Source: Candidatus Ozemobacteraceae bacterium
GTDB taxonomy: Bacteria; Muiribacteriota; Ozemobacteria; Ozemobacterales; Ozemobacteraceae
Direction: 5' to 3'
Length of the DNA stretch: 64,000 nucleotides
Assembly: GCA_965140445.1 (NCBI GenBank)
Contig: OZ223236.1
Location: 2,912,001-2,976,000 of the forward strand
Shown: positions 29,492-38,262 of the stretch, piece by piece
Position numbering within the stretch: position 1 is the stretch's first letter
Layout: every line of letters starts with the position of its first letter
The notes under the pieces: model-generated
Told to the model about the DNA's origin: nothing
Databases searched by the model: none
Seen by the model: only the letters and a program-made list of their open reading frames with translations
Position numbers and translations under genes: made by a program

Positions 29492-30606
29492 GCCTATATT
29501 TAAAAAAATTAAATAATTGTCTTATTTTAACGGCAGTTTTGTCATTTGGAATAATGGGAGCTGCTTTTGCTCACCCTTCGACTGACGTTCAATCTGGCAT
29601 AGAAAGCTTGAAAGCCGGAAAATTGGAAGCCGCCGAGGGGGATTTCCAGAAAGCAAGATTTCAGGAGCCGGAAAACCCTGGAATTCTCTACGATCTGGGG
29701 ATAGTAAATTACGAGAAAAGAGAATTTCAAAAAGCAGCAATTTTCTTTGCTAAAGCGGTTGAGCTGACCAAAAAAGACAGTGACCGAAAAAATGCTTTGT
29801 ACAATCTCGGCAACAGTCTTTATCGATTTGGCGACTATGAAAAGGCTATTGGCGCATATAAGCAGAGATTAGAACTGGGAAAAGACGACAAAACTGAATA
29901 TAACCTGAAAGTTGCTGAAGAGAAGCTGGCGAAGCGACAGGAAGAGCAAAAGAAGCAGCAGCAAAATCAAGACCAGAAGCAGAACGGTAACCAGAACCAG
30001 AAGCAGGATGGAAATCAGCAACAGGATAATAAAGATGGTCAGTCGAAGGATCAATCTGGCGACCAGAACAATCAGAAAAAATCCGGCCAAAACAAAGATG
30101 GCCAAAATAAAGATGGCCAAAATAAAGATGGCAAAAACAAGGACGGCCAGGACGATCAAAAAGGTAAAGACGGCCAGCAACAACAGGCTAATGCCGGGGA
30201 TAAAGATAAAAAGGAAAACAAGAACGGTTCTGAGCAAAAGTCCGGTGAAGATAAAAAATCTGATAAGGATCAAAACGGCAAACAGGGCGAAGGTGAGCAG
30301 AAAGACCAGAAACGTAACCGCGAAATGGTAAAAATGGACGATCCTGGCAAAAAAGGGCCAGAAAAACCTAAAGCCTCTCAGAGAGCTCGCGCCCTTAAGA
30401 ACAAGAAATTGAATCCTTACATGATTGAAAAGATTTTAAAACAGATGCAGGAACGCGAAAAAGAAGCACAGCGTTATTATAGAGCTGAGCCTAACCGACG
30501 CCAGGAACTTGATCCATTCCGCATGAGTCCGTCTGAATTGAGAGACTTTATGCGTGGCAAAAGACCGCAAAGTCCAGATAAAGATCCAAACACGCAGGAT
30601 TGGTAA
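29488..30606 (+). CDS. batC: BatC-like TPR protein with Q/K/D-rich linker ending in DW
   Basis: YNLGNSLY TPR, low-complexity linker, C-terminal QDW. Confidence 0.8.
   Translation: MSLYLKKLNNCLILTAVLSFGIMGAAFAHPSTDVQSGIESLKAGKLEAAEGDFQKARFQEPENPGILYDLGIVNYEKREFQKAAIFFAKAVELTKKDSDRKNALYNLGNSLYRFGDYEKAIGAYKQRLELGKDDKTEYNLKVAEEKLAKRQEEQKKQQQNQDQKQNGNQNQKQDGNQQQDNKDGQSKDQSGDQNNQKKSGQNKDGQNKDGQNKDGKNKDGQDDQKGKDGQQQQANAGDKDKKENKNGSEQKSGEDKKSDKDQNGKQGEGEQKDQKRNREMVKMDDPGKKGPEKPKASQRARALKNKKLNPYMIEKILKQMQEREKEAQRYYRAEPNRRQELDPFRMSPSELRDFMRGKRPQSPDKDPNTQDW
30085..30144 (+). repeat. 15-bp coding tandem repeat x4 (GQNKD-like)
   Basis: ggccaaaacaaagat ggccaaaataaagat ggccaaaataaagat ggcaaaaacaaggac. Confidence 0.85.
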
Positions 30607-30626
30607 TCAGGGGCAGGGCAGTGGTT

Positions 30627-31613
30627 CTATGGCTGCAGATTCAGGTCGCCGTTTCCAAGCTTTCGGGCGTTGTAAAGCGCTAGTTGTGCGCGGTGGATGA
30701 ATTCTTCAATATCATCGTCAATATGAAGCTCGGTTATCCCATACGAAAAGGATGTGGTAATTCCTTTCAGGGTGAAAGTCATGGTTTTAAGCTTCTCAAT
30801 GAAAATTCTGATGATTTTTTCTGCTTCAGCAATTGGCGTGTCTGGCATATAAAGAATAAATTCATCTATTCCAAGTGATCCGAGAATATCGCAGCCTCGA
30901 ATATGGGATTTGAATTCTTCTGCGGTTTCTTTCAGAAGCTGTCTGGCAATTTCGTTTCCATAGAGGTTAATGGTCGATTTATAGTTGTCCATATCCATTA
31001 GAACCAAAGAAAGCGGCTCGTTATTCATATGGCTGGTAAAAATCTGTTCTTCGAGTTTGGAAATAAAGAATTGGTGTGTGTATATGCCTGTTTCAACGTC
31101 AAATTGTTTTAATTGTCCGATTAGCTTAAGCAGCTCTTCTTTTTCAAGGGCGGCTGAACATGCGCCTGCCATAGACAAAAGAAAGTTTTTGGTGGATAAA
31201 TCTATTGGAAATTCTTCGGTGAAATAAATGGCCATAAAGCCAAAAGTTCTTCCGCCCCAGCCAATATGCATGGCAACACAGGTATGATAATCATCTTCGA
31301 TTTTCATTTCTTCATAATCATCTTTATCAAGTTCCTGTTTAACTATATTGAAGTGATCCTTGAAGAAGACTCTGCCAATGGTATTGCTTCCGATCTTTTT
31401 GTGGAAGTGCTGAAGAGCGTTTCTGGAAACGCCGTGTGCATGCACAATGTCAATGTAAGAGGTGTTTTTATTCTGCAATGCTATGTAGGAATAGGATGCG
31501 TGCAGATGGTGTTCAATGTTACGAAAAACCTTTTGAATCAATCTAGTGGCATTCGGCTCTGTTAAATACCCTTTAAGAGTATGAGACAGTGCTATTAGCA
31601 GCTTTTCCTTCAT
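30627..31613 (-). CDS. GAF plus degenerate GGDEF (GIDEF) protein
   Basis: SLVLMDMDNYK, RGCD then ILGSLGIDEF, ALYNARK. Confidence 0.85.
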   Translation of the reverse strand: MKEKLLIALSHTLKGYLTEPNATRLIQKVFRNIEHHLHASYSYIALQNKNTSYIDIVHAHGVSRNALQHFHKKIGSNTIGRVFFKDHFNIVKQELDKDDYEEMKIEDDYHTCVAMHIGWGGRTFGFMAIYFTEEFPIDLSTKNFLLSMAGACSAALEKEELLKLIGQLKQFDVETGIYTHQFFISKLEEQIFTSHMNNEPLSLVLMDMDNYKSTINLYGNEIARQLLKETAEEFKSHIRGCDILGSLGIDEFILYMPDTPIAEAEKIIRIFIEKLKTMTFTLKGITTSFSYGITELHIDDDIEEFIHRAQLALYNARKLGNGDLNLQP

Positions 31614-31714
31614 TTAAACACCTCTTTTCTTTTATAAAGTAAAACAATCTTTTCGGTTAATATTTTTTCTTACTTACAACTTTATTATAACCTAAATCTA
31701 ACTTAGCCTAAAAC

Positions 31715-31752
31715 AAAAAGCAGGGCAAACTATAAAGTTTGCCCTGCTTTTT
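31715..31752. terminator. Intrinsic terminator
   Basis: AAAAAGCAGGGCAAACT-ATAA-AGTTTGCCCTGCTTTTT. Confidence 0.85.
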
Positions 31753-31759
31753 ATTTTTA

Positions 31760-32440
31760 CTATTTGATGGTTTCCTGGTTTAATTTTATAACTCTTTTAT
31801 AGGTTTCTTCTGCTTTTTCAAGGTTATTGTTCTTTTTGTATATTTTACCAAGGAACAAAATCAATTTTGTTGCTGACTTTGGATCTTCTTTTTCAAATTT
31901 TGCGATGCCTTCATTAAGGATCTTTTCAGCTTCGCCAATTTTATCGTGCTGGAGATAGAGTCTGGCTATTTCAGTGTAAACAGGAATTACTTTGTGCATA
32001 AAGTTCATTCCCTGTTTGCCATTTTTAGGGTCTGAATCTGATTTGCTTGAATTCATGGCCAATTCGATGATTTTTTTAAGTTCGCCAGCAGCTTCATCAA
32101 TTTTTCCGCCATCTTCATAAATTCTGGCAAGTTCTTTGTGAGCTTCAGCTATGGCCATCATTGCTTCGCGTTTTTCACGCATTTTCATCATTTCAGGATT
32201 CATCTTGCCGCCCTGGCGCTGCATTTTGTTTTTTCTAGGTGGTCTTGGGCCATCCATATCATCCTGCTGGTTAAACTGTCTGTTCATTGGTGGCATTGGC
32301 GGGCGCATTCCCTGCTGACCTTCCTGAATGTCAGCCTGGAAACCGACTTCTGGCTCATCTCTCATTGGCTGTGCCATTAAAGAACCGCTGCAGATAAGTG
32401 AAACCGCCACAAGTAAGAAAACCGATAAAATCCTTTTCAT
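31760..32440 (-). CDS. Periplasmic Met/Pro-rich TPR protein in the ECF operon
   Basis: Signal peptide, MRPPMPPM region, TPR helices. Confidence 0.7.
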   Translation of the reverse strand: MKRILSVFLLVAVSLICSGSLMAQPMRDEPEVGFQADIQEGQQGMRPPMPPMNRQFNQQDDMDGPRPPRKNKMQRQGGKMNPEMMKMREKREAMMAIAEAHKELARIYEDGGKIDEAAGELKKIIELAMNSSKSDSDPKNGKQGMNFMHKVIPVYTEIARLYLQHDKIGEAEKILNEGIAKFEKEDPKSATKLILFLGKIYKKNNNLEKAEETYKRVIKLNQETIK

Positions 32441-32973
32441 AATAACTCCTCCTGTTCATTTTCATTTTCATCTATAAATGATGGTATTGATTCATAATCC
32501 ACAAAACTCGAAATATTAGTGCTTTCAAATTCGAAAAAGGTTACATCAAATTTTTGCGATTCAACAAAATTCGGCAAAGCCTTGTCAGATTCGTCATAGA
32601 AGCTCAAAACAGTTCTTTCCTCAATTGAGCTTTCGGGTTTCTCAGGGTTGACCAACGGGAGTAGAGCTAACCCCACGACCATGGCTAATGAGAATACAAA
32701 TCCATATTTCAGACCAGAAAAATATGTGCCCCAAAAGGTCTGTTCTGGCTCTTTTGCGGGTTCTTCTGGTTTTTTGGAAAATGTAGCCAGGTCTGGCATA
32801 CAGCGGGAATTTGCGATTTCTAACTTTGGTGGAGTTAATCCGGTTGGAGGGGGAAGAATTTGCGCATCCAGCCAGGATTCGCAATCAGCACACTTTTCCA
32901 GGTGTTTTTCCAGTCTGGAGTCAATTTTCTGGTCTGCGGATTCTAACTGTTCTCTGAATTCTTTACATTTCAT
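32437..32973 (-). CDS. Zinc-binding anti-sigma factor
   Basis: MKC...HLEKCADC (HxxxCxxC), one TM; overlaps the ECF gene. Confidence 0.8.
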   Translation of the reverse strand: MKCKEFREQLESADQKIDSRLEKHLEKCADCESWLDAQILPPPTGLTPPKLEIANSRCMPDLATFSKKPEEPAKEPEQTFWGTYFSGLKYGFVFSLAMVVGLALLPLVNPEKPESSIEERTVLSFYDESDKALPNFVESQKFDVTFFEFESTNISSFVDYESIPSFIDENENEQEELL

Positions 32974-33505
32974 TGTATTTTTCCGCCTTTCCTAGGTTGT
33001 TCCAGGCTTCAGAAAATTTGTTTCTGGCTCGAAACAGTTTTATCTTTGCATTGCTTACCGAGATTTTAAGCGCTTCTGAGATTTCTTTTACGCTTAAGTC
33101 ATCCCAATAAGACAATATAAGTATTTGTCTGTCTTCTTTTGATAGCTTCTGGAGCGCAAGTTCCACGTCGTGAGAAACTTCCAGGTTTTTAAATGCATTA
33201 TCATTTTCCCCTGAAATCTCTTCGTTTACAGGAATATCCTTAGAACTCCTGGAATTTTGCTTGATACAGTTTCTTACGAGAATTGTGTATAACCAGGTGC
33301 GAATGCGGCTTGTCCCTTTAAAGCCCGTAATTCCGGAAAAACCTTGTTTAAAGGTTTCCTGAACAACGTCTTCTGCTTGTTCCTGGCTGTCACATTTTCG
33401 TAGAGCTACAGTGAACAGATAATTGGCATGGTTTTCAAAGATGGATTTGAATCCTTCTTCTCTTCCTTGTTTAGCTAGTTTTATTGCTTCGTTTTCGTTC
33501 ATCAT
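32963..33505 (-). CDS. ECF RNA polymerase sigma factor
   Basis: AEDVVQETF, RTWLYTI, SVKEISEAL...KLFRARNK; start reassigned to ATG 33505 because the longer ORF runs into a terminator. Confidence 0.9.
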   Translation of the reverse strand: MMNENEAIKLAKQGREEGFKSIFENHANYLFTVALRKCDSQEQAEDVVQETFKQGFSGITGFKGTSRIRTWLYTILVRNCIKQNSRSSKDIPVNEEISGENDNAFKNLEVSHDVELALQKLSKEDRQILILSYWDDLSVKEISEALKISVSNAKIKLFRARNKFSEAWNNLGKAEKYNEM

Positions 33506-33510
33506 ATTAT

Positions 33511-33539
33511 TAGTTACCAGAAAATCAGTTTTGGTTACA
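33511..33539 (-). promoter_or_regulatory. Putative autoregulatory ECF promoter
   Basis: Minus strand TGTAACC-15 nt-GTAACTA directly before ATG. Confidence 0.5.
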
Positions 33540-33544
33540 TAAAA

Positions 33545-33578
33545 AAAAGCTGCTTTGAAAAAAATCAAAGCAGCTTTT
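33545..33578 (-). terminator. Intrinsic terminator after murB
   Basis: AAAAGCTGCTTTGA...TCAAAGCAGCTTTT, T-run on minus strand. Confidence 0.85.
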
Positions 33579-33591
33579 GCTTGTTAATTAT

Positions 33592-34497
33592 TTACTGACC
33601 TATGTATAGCACTTCTTCATTGAGATCTATGCCAAAATCGTGTTTAACCTTGGTTTTAAGCATGGCTGCGAGCTCTTTGACATCATTGGAAGTGGCGTTT
33701 CCATTATTAATAATGAAATTTGCGTGGTTTTTAAAAACCGCAGCGCCACCGACCGACATCATCTTTGCTCCAGCTTGCTCAAGGACTGCTCCGGCTGCTC
33801 TTCGTCTATCTTCTCCGGGAAGTGGTGGAAGATTTTTGAAAAAGGAACCTGCGCAGCCAACTCCGGTAGGCGGATGTTTGCTTTTGCGCTGGGCAATAAT
33901 ATCGTCCATTGTTGCACGAATTTGCTTCGAGTCACCTTTGCCTAGCTGGAAGGTTGCATTGAGAACAATGCCGGGCGTTTCCTTCAAAATGCTGGTTCGG
34001 TAATCGAATTTGAAGAAATCCACACCAACTTTTTGAACCTGACCATCGGGCTGAATCACTTCGGCTTCGACCAGAAGATCTGCGATGCATCTTCCGTATG
34101 CGCCGGCATTTCCGTAGATTGCTCCACCAAGGGAACCTGGAATTCCAGCCAGATACTCGATTCCGGAGAGTGCGTTTTCCTGAGCAAAAGTTACGAGCTT
34201 CATAAGACTGAAGCCGGATGAGAATTTTACCAGACACTTGTCATGATCGATTTCCTGTGTGTCACGGGAAAGGTTTCGAATAACAATACCCTTGATGCCA
34301 TTGTCTGAGATAACCAGATTAGAACCGCCTCCCAGGACGAACCAGGGAATGTTTTCGCTTATAGCATATCTAATGGCCGCCACAAATTCTTCTTCTGTTT
34401 TGGCTTCATAGAAAAGCTCAGCTGGCCCACCGATTTTGAAAGTTACAAAATCTTTAAGGCATACGTTCTTTTGTATATTGTCTGGATTAAAACTCAT
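33592..34497 (-). CDS. murB: UDP-N-acetylmuramate dehydrogenase
   Basis: TFKIGGPA, LGGGSNL, GIPGSLGGA, NAGAYG, AGSFFKN, HANFIIN. Confidence 0.95.
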   Translation of the reverse strand: MSFNPDNIQKNVCLKDFVTFKIGGPAELFYEAKTEEEFVAAIRYAISENIPWFVLGGGSNLVISDNGIKGIVIRNLSRDTQEIDHDKCLVKFSSGFSLMKLVTFAQENALSGIEYLAGIPGSLGGAIYGNAGAYGRCIADLLVEAEVIQPDGQVQKVGVDFFKFDYRTSILKETPGIVLNATFQLGKGDSKQIRATMDDIIAQRKSKHPPTGVGCAGSFFKNLPPLPGEDRRRAAGAVLEQAGAKMMSVGGAAVFKNHANFIINNGNATSNDVKELAAMLKTKVKHDFGIDLNEEVLYIGQ

Positions 34498-34560
34498 TGT
34501 CCTGGCCTCCGATAAATCTCTACACTAATTATCGGGAAAATAGGTCGGTAACCTTAATTA

Positions 34561-35100
34561 CTATTTAGCTTCCTCGGCAGCTGGGAGATCCTGAAGGATT
34601 TCCATGCTCATTTTGTCACCTTTTTTGATTTTTTCAGGAACATCATGGCCTTTAACAACCTGACCAAAGTTAGTGTACTGGTTATCAAGGTGAGGAGTTC
34701 TGTCTAAGCAGATAAAGAACTGGCTTCCAGCTGAGTTTGGATCACTTGTTCTAGCCATGGAAAGACTGCCTTTAGTATGAAGTCTTGAGTTGAATTCTGC
34801 AGGAATGGTGTAGCCAGGTCCGCCAGTTCCATCACCTTTTGGATCGCCGCCCTGAATTACGAAACCAGGAACAACACGATGGAAATTAAGGCCATTGTAA
34901 TAACCCTTTTTAATGAGCTTGAGCATGCTATCAACATGTTTAGGCGCAAGATCAGGGAAGAGCTCAAGATAAATGTCGCCCTTGTCAGTAGTTACTTTTA
35001 CAAGTGGGTTCTTAGGATTTTCCATTTTGATATCAGCAGGAACTGCTGCCATGGCCATAGGGACCACGAAAACCAATAAAATAGCAACGATATAAGTCAT
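34561..35100 (-). CDS. Cyclophilin-type PPIase with signal peptide
   Basis: FHRVVPGFVIQGGDP, SMAR, SAGSQFFI, HLDNQYT. Confidence 0.93.
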   Translation of the reverse strand: MTYIVAILLVFVVPMAMAAVPADIKMENPKNPLVKVTTDKGDIYLELFPDLAPKHVDSMLKLIKKGYYNGLNFHRVVPGFVIQGGDPKGDGTGGPGYTIPAEFNSRLHTKGSLSMARTSDPNSAGSQFFICLDRTPHLDNQYTNFGQVVKGHDVPEKIKKGDKMSMEILQDLPAAEEAK

Positions 35101-35243
35101 AATTATCCTCCGAATTTAATTGGAAATATTTTACATTAGCCGCCAGGAAAAATCCAGAGGATATTGGTTTTAAACTGCTTTCGATTTGTAGTGGTGGGAA
35201 AAATTGGGCATGCAATCAGCTAATTTCGACCTGAGAATTAAAA

Positions 35244-35543
35244 TCAGAGTTCGCCAATTGGTCTTTCCGGGTCTTTTTTGTAAGACTCCAGCTCTTTTAC
35301 CAGTTCGAGATAAAGCTCTTCGACCTGCTTTCGTGCCCAGTCATTCTTACGCAAAAAGGTAAGACTGGATTTGATACTCGGATGACTGAAAAAACAATTT
35401 AGCTGAATCCTTTGATTCAACTCTTTCCAGCTATAATGCTCCCGAAGCGTCTGCATAATATCCTTGAGAGTAACCCCATGAAGCGGGTTATTCGGCTGCT
35501 TCATCGGCTTCTTTTTGGTGTTTTCAATGTTATCGTTGCTCAT
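35244..35543 (-). CDS. VF530/DUF2132-family protein
   Basis: NPLHGVTL...INCF-like LNCF...PSIKSSLTFLRK..WARKQVE. Confidence 0.85.
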   Translation of the reverse strand: MSNDNIENTKKKPMKQPNNPLHGVTLKDIMQTLREHYSWKELNQRIQLNCFFSHPSIKSSLTFLRKNDWARKQVEELYLELVKELESYKKDPERPIGEL

Positions 35544-35634
35544 CGGCTGCCCTTGGTAAAAGTCTTGATCGGGGTGTATTTTACATTGTTTTGTGGGGGA
35601 ATTAAACCTTTTTGATTATGGAGCCAGGTTACTT

Positions 35635-36195
35635 TCATCGTTTCTTTTCTTTTTGAAATTTCGCAAGAGAAAAAAGGTAAAAATGGATTCCAAAAAACAA
35701 GCCACAAATAATAGCAATTAAAATATTAGAAATCTTGTACCAGGGTCTGAAGGCAAAACACAAGCTGACCACCGAAACTGCTGGAAAACTACTAACGCTG
35801 AAAAAAATTGTAAAAACAGAAAGGGCAACAATTAAAGCAATGTTTAAACCTATTGTTAAGGAAATCTTTTTGGCTTTGTTCGATGTGCCAAAAATCATTC
35901 TTAGGGCAAAAATCTGATATAAGGCGGCAAAAAGAAAAGTGGATATAAGAAATGTTTCATTTTGGCTCATGAAGTAAGGGGTTGCTCCACTTGAAGCAAA
36001 ATGATACATGGATATTGCAGGTGAAAGAGCAAAATAAGTAAAAAACGCAAGAAAAATAAAGTAGCCATAAGGTTTGTTTATTGATTTTGATTTTTTGTTA
36101 AAAGCACCATTTGAGTCAAGAATGAAATTTTCATTTTCAATTTTCTCTAAATTTTGGTCATTTTCTTTTTGTTTGTTCAAGTTACCTTTTTCCAA
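35635..36195 (-). CDS. Hypothetical membrane protein
   Basis: 4-5 hydrophobic segments; TTG start uncertain. Confidence 0.5.
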   Translation of the reverse strand: MEKGNLNKQKENDQNLEKIENENFILDSNGAFNKKSKSINKPYGYFIFLAFFTYFALSPAISMYHFASSGATPYFMSQNETFLISTFLFAALYQIFALRMIFGTSNKAKKISLTIGLNIALIVALSVFTIFFSVSSFPAVSVVSLCFAFRPWYKISNILIAIICGLFFGIHFYLFSLAKFQKEKKR

Positions 36196-36647
36196 TATCT
36201 TCCAGTTCCTTCAGATCTTCTTCATCCGCTATTTTTCTTATCAATTGCCATAGCATGAATAATTTCAAATTGGTTTATTCATGTTTTTTTTTATTAAAAA
36301 GTGTCTTTATTCAATATATTAACCACTTTTTCAATTCTTCTACAATAATGCAAAATTTTAGGAATACCCAATAAAAGACTGAAAGGAGCATTAAGGAATA
36401 ATTTAAATTCACTAGGTGTTGTGCGCAATGGCTTGTTGCATAAGTGGAACTTTTCGGTTGCAAAAAACATAAGATGAGTTAATTAGCATTCCCAATTAAA
36501 CTGTTATTTTACATTCCAAAAATATTGACTTATTTGAACTTCATTGAATATGCTTTTAATTGAAATTTAGATAGAAAAATTGGTTGAGTAGGTTTTAAGA
36601 GGGGCATTTAATAATTGTCTCAAAATTACAAAAATTAGGTGTTAAGT

Positions 36648-37808
36648 ATGGTTAATAAACCAAAAAATGAGGCAAAAGCATCTGCTAAGGCAATTATTTT
36701 TCAAATATGTATTGCAGTAAAAAAGTGTTTTGAATTGTTAAAAGGTGAAAAAGTTTTTATTGAGGATTTTGGTGACGTTACAATATCTGGGAAAGAGCAA
36801 ATCGAAGCAAAACAATATTCAGATGTATTAACAGACAACCATCCCAATTTTTGGAAAACTTTAAAAAACTGGCTAGACAAAAATTTCAAAGAAAATAATT
36901 ATAAAAGCTTAATACTTCTTACCACTCAAAGCTATTCACCAAATACTAATTTGCGCTTCTTTAATAACCTTTCAACTGCAAATAAGTTTAAGCTTTTGAA
37001 GACAATTTGTAATAAGTCTGAATCTTGCTTCTTAGATCGCCAAAAAGAAAGTGAAAAGGAAATTTCTCCTTCAAAGGTCTTGAGTTGGCAAAGGTTTATT
37101 TTTGATAGTTCAAATGAAGATAAACTTTTAAAAATTTTAAGTAAAATTGAAATTGCAGCTAATAGTCCAAACCTTAATGAATTATATAGTCAGATAATTG
37201 AAAGAGAAATAAAAGGAGTTTTAGAGGGAAAAAAGGAAGACTTTCTTAACTCCTTGATTGGTTTTGTCGCAAAGCCAGGTCAAAAGAATGAGTCTTTCTG
37301 GGAAATAACTTTTGAAGAATTTTCAGAAAAGCTAAAGGATTTAAATAGCCTGTATTGTATGGAAACTAGAAGGTTTCCTAAAAAGTATTTAGATGATGAT
37401 TCCTTGCCTAATAGTCTGCCACCAGGAGAAAAGGAACCTCTATTTATTAAAAAGATAAAAGACATCCCATATGATGATGTTATTCCTAATGCTGTTGCAG
37501 ATTATCTTAAAACTTTTGAGACAATAAATGAAGAATTTAAAAACTATGAAATTCCTTTTACACGGCTCGACAGTTACCGAAAAAATCTAATTATGGTTTT
37601 TTCAACAAAATATAAAATAGCTTGTCGTCATTGCAAAAATCCAGAGACAGACTCAAAAAACTTTTATGATGAAACAATTTGCTCTGATCCAATGAGAATG
37701 GAGGGCTTTGATATAGTTCCTTATGGTTTTAGAAATGGTCTACTGCACATAGAACAAAATGATCAAGAAAAAAATCTTTTTTGGAGGCTTCTAAAAGAGG
37801 ATGAGTAA
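36648..37808 (+). CDS. lmuA: Lamassu/ABC-3C effector with Cap4/DUF4297-like PD-(D/E)xK nuclease
   Basis: IFQ...IEDFGDV...QIEAK nuclease pattern, C-terminal RNGLLH...FW; first of three overlapping genes. Confidence 0.72.
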   Translation: MVNKPKNEAKASAKAIIFQICIAVKKCFELLKGEKVFIEDFGDVTISGKEQIEAKQYSDVLTDNHPNFWKTLKNWLDKNFKENNYKSLILLTTQSYSPNTNLRFFNNLSTANKFKLLKTICNKSESCFLDRQKESEKEISPSKVLSWQRFIFDSSNEDKLLKILSKIEIAANSPNLNELYSQIIEREIKGVLEGKKEDFLNSLIGFVAKPGQKNESFWEITFEEFSEKLKDLNSLYCMETRRFPKKYLDDDSLPNSLPPGEKEPLFIKKIKDIPYDDVIPNAVADYLKTFETINEEFKNYEIPFTRLDSYRKNLIMVFSTKYKIACRHCKNPETDSKNFYDETICSDPMRMEGFDIVPYGFRNGLLHIEQNDQEKNLFWRLLKEDE

Positions 37809-38262
37809 CACCTTAAACAATTTAAATACCCTACATTCGAATCCATTTATTTTTAGTTCAATTTTGTTTCATTTCTTTGAGTCACTTGAAGCTAAACCAA
37901 ATGGTCTGTTATTGTCTTATTTAGTTTTACCAACTGTTTTGTATCCGTTCTCCCAAGCATTTTTATTAAAAGCAACTTCACGAAGCAATCTGAGAACCTT
38001 CGTAAAAGAAAAATCAAGAATTTATGGATTGCAAGAACGCTTACAAGAAAAAAAAGAAATTACAAATGTAACAGTTCAGTATTTATTAGACTTAAAACTT
38101 ATCTGTCTAGGAAAAGACTTAAGTGTCAAAAAAATAAAGGATTTCCCTAAAGATTATATTTCAGTAAAAAGCCAAATCAAAGCATCTTCAAGACTTGCAG
38201 AGATTTTCTTACCGTTTGAAATCCCTTTGATATACCAGAAGCTTGGAGTAAAAAGTTTATGA
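37801..38262 (+). CDS. lmuC: ABC-3C middle component (LmuC-like)
   Basis: NPF...LSYLVLPTVL...IYQKLGVK; lies between effector and SMC-like ATPase. Confidence 0.75.
   Translation: MSNTLNNLNTLHSNPFIFSSILFHFFESLEAKPNGLLLSYLVLPTVLYPFSQAFLLKATSRSNLRTFVKEKSRIYGLQERLQEKKEITNVTVQYLLDLKLICLGKDLSVKKIKDFPKDYISVKSQIKASSRLAEIFLPFEIPLIYQKLGVKSL

Noticed and set aside
29869..30331. Hydrophobic and basic alternative-frame ORFs with repeats
   Set aside because: By-products of the low-complexity batC linker
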